Assembly (NCBI RefSeq): GCF_009914755.1
Contig: NC_060947.1
Direction: 5' to 3' (one strand)
From: the human T2T-CHM13v2.0 reference genome, Homo sapiens
DNA: 64,000 bases
The notes beneath the pieces are model-generated. The model searched no databases. It was given only the letters and a program-made list of their open reading frames with translations, and had not been told where the DNA came from. The position numbers and the translations under genes are program-made. Below, piece after piece: positions 57,601-64,000 of this stretch. Each line of letters starts with the position of its first letter. The first letter of the stretch is position 1.

Positions 57601-60142
57601 TTGATAAAGCTTTCAGGAAAGAGAGTTATCATATCACAAATACCACAATGATTTTTATCTGAATGGCTTCCTTCCAAAATTCCAGATCCATCTAAACTTT
57701 TACTTCATTGGAGGGTCCTTCCTGACCCATGCAACTCAACAAAAAACTCTCACAGTTTTTATATGCTTTGTTGGGGATTAACCCATCTTGCATTGCATTG
57801 CTAGCTTAGTATGTCTAGCATGGGCATGCCTGCTGAAGTTTGGAACTTCCCATCAAGGAAACAGGAAAATGCCATTGGCAATGAGCTGAAGACTGATTTA
57901 CTCTACCAGGTATGACTTTAATGACTAACTGCTTGTACACCCTTTAGAAGCTTTTAGATTGTAGAGCCCCTTACTCTTGTATTTGTCTTCTGACCCCAGT
58001 CCTGGGGATAAATCTGTTTCAGTTAAAATTAACATTTCATACAAGTCCTCACTATATTCCTCTGCATACATTTCCTGCCAAATAGCAGCTAGAATGAAGG
58101 TCCCCTCAACTTTGAGGACAGAACATTTATAACCTCCCTATCACCACCACAAGATGTAGCATATACTAGCTATTTTTTAAAAAAAAATTTCCCAACAAGA
58201 TTGCATGCATTCTGAGAGGAAGTGTTATGTCTTAAAATTTTTGCATTTCTTATAGGGGACTGTACCTAGTAAATAGTCTTCGGTAAATACACCATCAGAA
58301 TGCAAAAATCAAAGTGGGAATAAGCATTCTAACCTCTCATTTTATAGATGAAGAAACAGGTTCAGAGAATTGAAAAGATTTGCCCAGATAAAAGTACGTA
58401 GTCAAAATTAGATCTCAGACTACTCTGTTCCCCGGGCTGTTTTTGTTTACTCCATGTATCCTCTGTTAATTGACCAGATTGATTGATTGACTTCCTAGCT
58501 CTATCACCAGGAAGTCAAAGTAAAACTCCACCACTGAACTCTTGAAAGGCGTGTCTTCTGAAGGGTAGGATTTCCCATCAAAGAAACAGGAAAATGCCAT
58601 TGGCAATGAGCTGAAGACTGACTTTGATTTACCCTACCAAGCATGATTTTAATGACTACTTGTACAAACATGTAGGTACATCAATATTGGGTAGATTCAT
58701 AGTGTTAGGATAAATTAGGTAATTGAGTAGAAAATACAGGCACAAGCTAGACTAGGTCCAAACACCTGGCCTCATATCAGTTGAAACCATCATATCAAGA
58801 ATAAACAATAGAAAGACATGATCACTTTCATTGACTTCAGCTGGAAACATTTACAATCCAATTTCAATTTAGCAAGATTTCATCAGAAGGTATCTCCCAC
58901 AAATTGAGGTCCATCTTACTGTTATTATTTGAAATCTTTTTGTATATGTGTAGTTTGGAACATCTGTTATTGCTGCTACTACGGTTTCTATCACTGTTTG
59001 ATGCTGGGACTCTTAAGCTCCAACCACGTTTTCACCGAGCTGAGTCGCCTTCTTATCACCCCTTTCTGGTGAGTAAGATCATCTAGGTAGATTCTCCAAA
59101 AGAAATACCCAGTGAGGGAGGGGCAACCAGCAGAGCCACAAACCAGTCCTCATGAACCCAGGACCTGAGCATAAAAGGCTATTTGATACACATGTAAAGG
59201 AATTTGGAGGTGGGGTAGACAGCAACTGAATCTTTAACTTGTAGCATATATTCTTTAGAAATGGCTCCCTGAACCATGCTAAACCCCGTAAGTTGCCCAG
59301 ACACTGAAAACCCAAAATAAAAGCTTCCCCTGTTAGTTAAGGTCAGGGAAGCAGAGGCGTTTCTCAGAAAAAATGTAGCTTCTTTGGCATTATGAGCCTG
59401 AAAAAAACTCTTCAAGCCCAACTGCGAATGAGTCAGCAGAGTTTTCTAGAACAGCCAAGGAGAGAATGCTTTCCTTAGGAGACTATTTATTTGGTTGCTA
59501 CATAATACTGTAGATTAATTAGGAGTAAGAATGAGTGAAACTATTTGGAAAAAGTGATAGCAGCTTGAAAGCTTCACCCACCCCTGACCTAATGGAGGAG
59601 GAAACATTACAGTTCTGGGTAGTTCATTATTTTGAGGGGGTGGAAGAAAGTGATATCAACCAAAGTATTCTTATAAAATCTTTGAGTATTGACCCAGATA
59701 TCACCCTTATAAAGTCAAGATTATAGAACAAATGAATTGGTTCAACATTTAAATAAACCCTTGATATTTAAAGGTATCAAATATGCCCAATGTGACTCCC
59801 AATATGTTAATAATAAAAAAAAAAGATCGAGAGCAAAATCTAGCCAAAATAGAAATTAATATGGCTTAGAAACGTCTTTCCTCATTTTCTAAATGTTTCC
59901 ATATCTGGCAAAATGACCAGAGTGGAGGGTGAATGCTTTCAGCATGCTCAAAATTCAAACTCCAAGTTTAAGTGATTACTTAAGAGGCTTTAGTCTCTGA
60001 AATCCACCTGTCCTCACATGACATCATTAAATGTTTGCCTCTTAGGCTATTTCTTCTCTCTTCTTGGTCATCAATTGCTCCAGCTAAACTGGATCATTCC
60101 TATCAGCATACATACACCAGCATGTATTTATCACCAGGTTAA

Positions 60143-60530
<388 letters not shown>

Positions 60531-61076
60531 TGAGTTATTTTGAATTACTTTCCAGACATTGGATTGTTCTATTCATAAATAGTTAAGCATTTATCTCTAA
60601 AAATGAAGAAGATTTTTGAAAACGTAACCATAACACAATTATCCCACTTAAAAATATTAGCAGCTTTAGTTTAACAATGTTCGTAAAGAAATTCTATTAC
60701 TTACGGAGAACTAGAAAAAGTACTAGAAGCTGACCAGAGACAAAACAAAGAGCACTGGTTCTTTTCTTTGGGCATCTGCTGAAAGAACATCACATGCCCA
60801 CCTAAATAGGGTACGCCTCTCTGTATTCTATCATTAGGAGCAGCAGGACATCTGGGGATGAGAAGATGGAGAGATCATCCTTATATAATGTTGCAGTCTG
60901 GAAGCATCACTCTCAAAAAGGTAAGTTTTTAGGTTATTTTTAGTTTGGTTTACAATTAAAAAAAATCCTTCATTGAACTCTGACTCTGCAGATTCTAGAA
61001 AATAGAATATTGTGGGCAAGACTGGCTTCAGAAGTTTTATGGCTTAATAGAAAAAGAAGGTGGGCAGACCTGGTAA

Positions 61077-61427
<351 letters not shown>

Positions 61428-61894
61428 ACTCTCATTTTTTTTAAACCAAAGAAATCAATCTTAAATCAATTTTGCACTTGATTTATGCACATCAATTTTG
61501 TTTGCTTCTTAAAGAGTATATGATTAGCTGTACAAGAGACTATAGGTTAAGAAAATCCTTAGTCTTGAGAAAAGCACTGAAGAGGAAGAAGAAGACACCA
61601 GGCCCCAAGACATCCACCAAAAATAGATCCAACTTACATTGTCTGGCAGGGCAAACAATCCCATCACAATCACATGCCAGCCCCTATATTCTGGCTGGTC
61701 CCCAGAATTTAGTCAAGATCAAAGTAAAATTTTTTGGTTTCTGGGGTGAGCCTTCATCCAGGTCAAAATATTCTGGAAGAAGGCTTGCCTGGCACCTGGA
61801 ATTCCACACCCTTGAGCTCTCCTTTTCACGGAACAGCATTCGTCAGATTTACTGACAGCATAGCAGTGGCATAATTAACAAATAATCCAGTTTT

Positions 61895-62027
61895 CAGCTT
61901 CCCTGGCCTCCACCTGCTAGATACCAGGAGCACCTCCACTCCCACAGAAGTTGTGTCAACCAAAATGTCTCCAGATATTGCCAGATGTCCCCTGGAGGGC
62001 AAAATCAACCCTGGTTGACCACCACTG
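61895..62027 (-). mobile_element. MER20 fragment
   Basis: CCAAAATGTCTCCAGATATTGCCAGATGTCCCCTGGAGGGCAAAATC...CCACTG. Confidence 0.8.
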
Positions 62028-64000
62028 CAATAGTATTATTTGTATCAAATATATGAAACATAAAGATTGCTAAGGGAAATAAAGTAGACTATTTTAGATA
62101 TCCAGTCTTAAAGGAAACCACTACTATCATCATTGGCCAAAAAAAGAAAAAAAAAAGAACAGTGCTAATAATTAGACATAAAATAATAAATGAAAACTAT
62201 CATTGCTTTGAAATATTCCCTGGAGGAAATGAAACATCTGTGTAAATTTTATCCTTTCACGTGTGAAGATGACTGGGATAGCAGGTGTGGTAAAAGACAT
62301 TGTTCCAAAGCCTGTTCTGTGGTTTGCTGATGAGAATATTCCCTGGCTTGGGCTACAGCTGCCATGTGCAGTCTCTCTATTGACAGTCTTTCTCAACCAC
62401 TCCCGAAAATCCCCACATTGTTTGAACTCAAGTTTTGTAATTACAGAGATGTGGTTCTCAGAGCCAAAAATGAAGCTGCCTGGCTGGAGCAGCAGGATAT
62501 AGAATAGGCCCTTGGGACTGGGAGATTATAACTTTTGTGGTTTCAAGTACTCATAAATGTGGTGGAGAGGGGTTTTGGAGTTGATCCACAACTCGTCAGA
62601 GGCCCTGCTATTTTTTCTACCCACAGCCATTGTAGAGAATCCAAGCCGAGTTTAAGAGTGCTGTGGAAATACACTGCTGCTACTGCTGTTTCTATTACTG
62701 TTTGATGCTGGGACTCTTATGCTCCAACCACGTTTTCACCCAGCTGAGTCGCCTTCGTATCACGCCTTTCCAGTGAGTAAGATCATCTAGATAGATTCTC
62801 CAAAAGAAATAACCCAGTAAGGGAGGGGCAACCAGCATGACCACAATGCTAGTTGTTGTGTGCGAATGGTAAACAGAATGAAATTATGAATGTGTGTGCG
62901 GGTCATTATATGCATGCAGACACATACATATGCATATGTAGTATAAATCTCCATAAATGCCTAAGGTGATGGCAGTGATGAGGGGCAGTTAAAAATGTTA
63001 AGCACAAATTGGAGCTGAGACACTGATCAGAGAAAAATTATCTGTAATACTGAGAAAGAGCCATCTGTCATGGCTGGAGGCTCAAGCAGAGAAGAGATAA
63101 GTGGAGAGGCCCCAGGAACAGATGGAGAGGCTTGAACCCCCACACAGAGCAGAGCGTCCAACAGCTGGGACTGATTAATCCAGACGGCCGACTATTACGT
63201 CATGTGTTGGATTACAACCAAATGAGTGGCTAAAAGCTCCTAGCAAGTTCAGGCCAACACGAAGTCGCTTCACAGATGGCGTCCACCTTGGAATTCCGTG
63301 AGGGATGAAGACACTGCTCAGTCCTGCCTCATTGTCCTCTGTGGAAAGAGCAAGAGGAATGAGGATAGGCCTTTCCCACCCCTTTATTCTTCTTTATTCT
63401 CAGGGTAAATGGAAGTAGAGAAGGAGAGTAAGTGAGATTTTAAAGAAGCTTTTTGACCTGTGTCTTTGTTCTCTCCTTGCTCTCTAAATTACATGATAGA
63501 GGGAATAATAAGGAACTTTAATGTATGAAGTTCAGTCCAGTAAATTGATCCCATAGCCCAGCATGTGATAAACAGTTTCTGAATATTAACTTGATCTACT
63601 CGTGCTTCTTAGTAATCCCACAAACACTTTAAACAACATTTCAGAAGCACAGGTAATCCCACAAGCATTTCAGCAACATTTCAACTCAACACCTGTCCCC
63701 TCTCCAATGTTCCCTTCAAGTCAGAAACCTAACTTTGGGTACCCAACTCTACCGTCAATCAGTCACTGGGGCCTTATGGAATCAATGGAGTCTTGTAGAT
63801 TCCATCTCCTTAGCATTGCTTGAAACGATCTTGACTTCTCTATTCTCATTGCTATTGCCTTAATTCTGACCTTCAGTAAGTCCTGCCTGGACCGTTACAA
63901 TAGTTTCTTCTAAGCTATCTTCTGGTTTCTTTGCTCCAGTGCATTCTTTTCTTTTTTTTTTTTCTGCTGACACCCAGCACTTTATTAGTGGGGAAACTCG

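Overview
Primate (almost certainly human, Xp22.2) DNA. The only supported protein-coding gene is the intronless ataxin-3-like retrogene ATXN3L (4306-5373, minus strand). It is inserted into an old, degenerate tandem array running from the window start to ~22520. The array is built from a ~58-bp monomer (approx. CCATGGGATTTTGCAG-GTATCCAG-GTAAGTGATGATGGTGTCCCTAAC...) organised into ~510-bp and ~650-bp higher-order units. On the + strand the monomer reads like a cassette of splice signals. Each higher-order unit carries a 61-66-nt exon-like block, a hairpin over the 3' splice site and a C/D-box-like motif pair. This array is the main candidate for an undescribed system; its function is inference only. 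The rest (22.5-64 kb) is ordinary repeat-rich DNA (Alu, L1, L2, MIR, LTRs, MER DNA transposons) with several small unexplained local duplications and one inverted repeat. All alignments were made by eye; repeat subfamily calls and boundaries are approximate.
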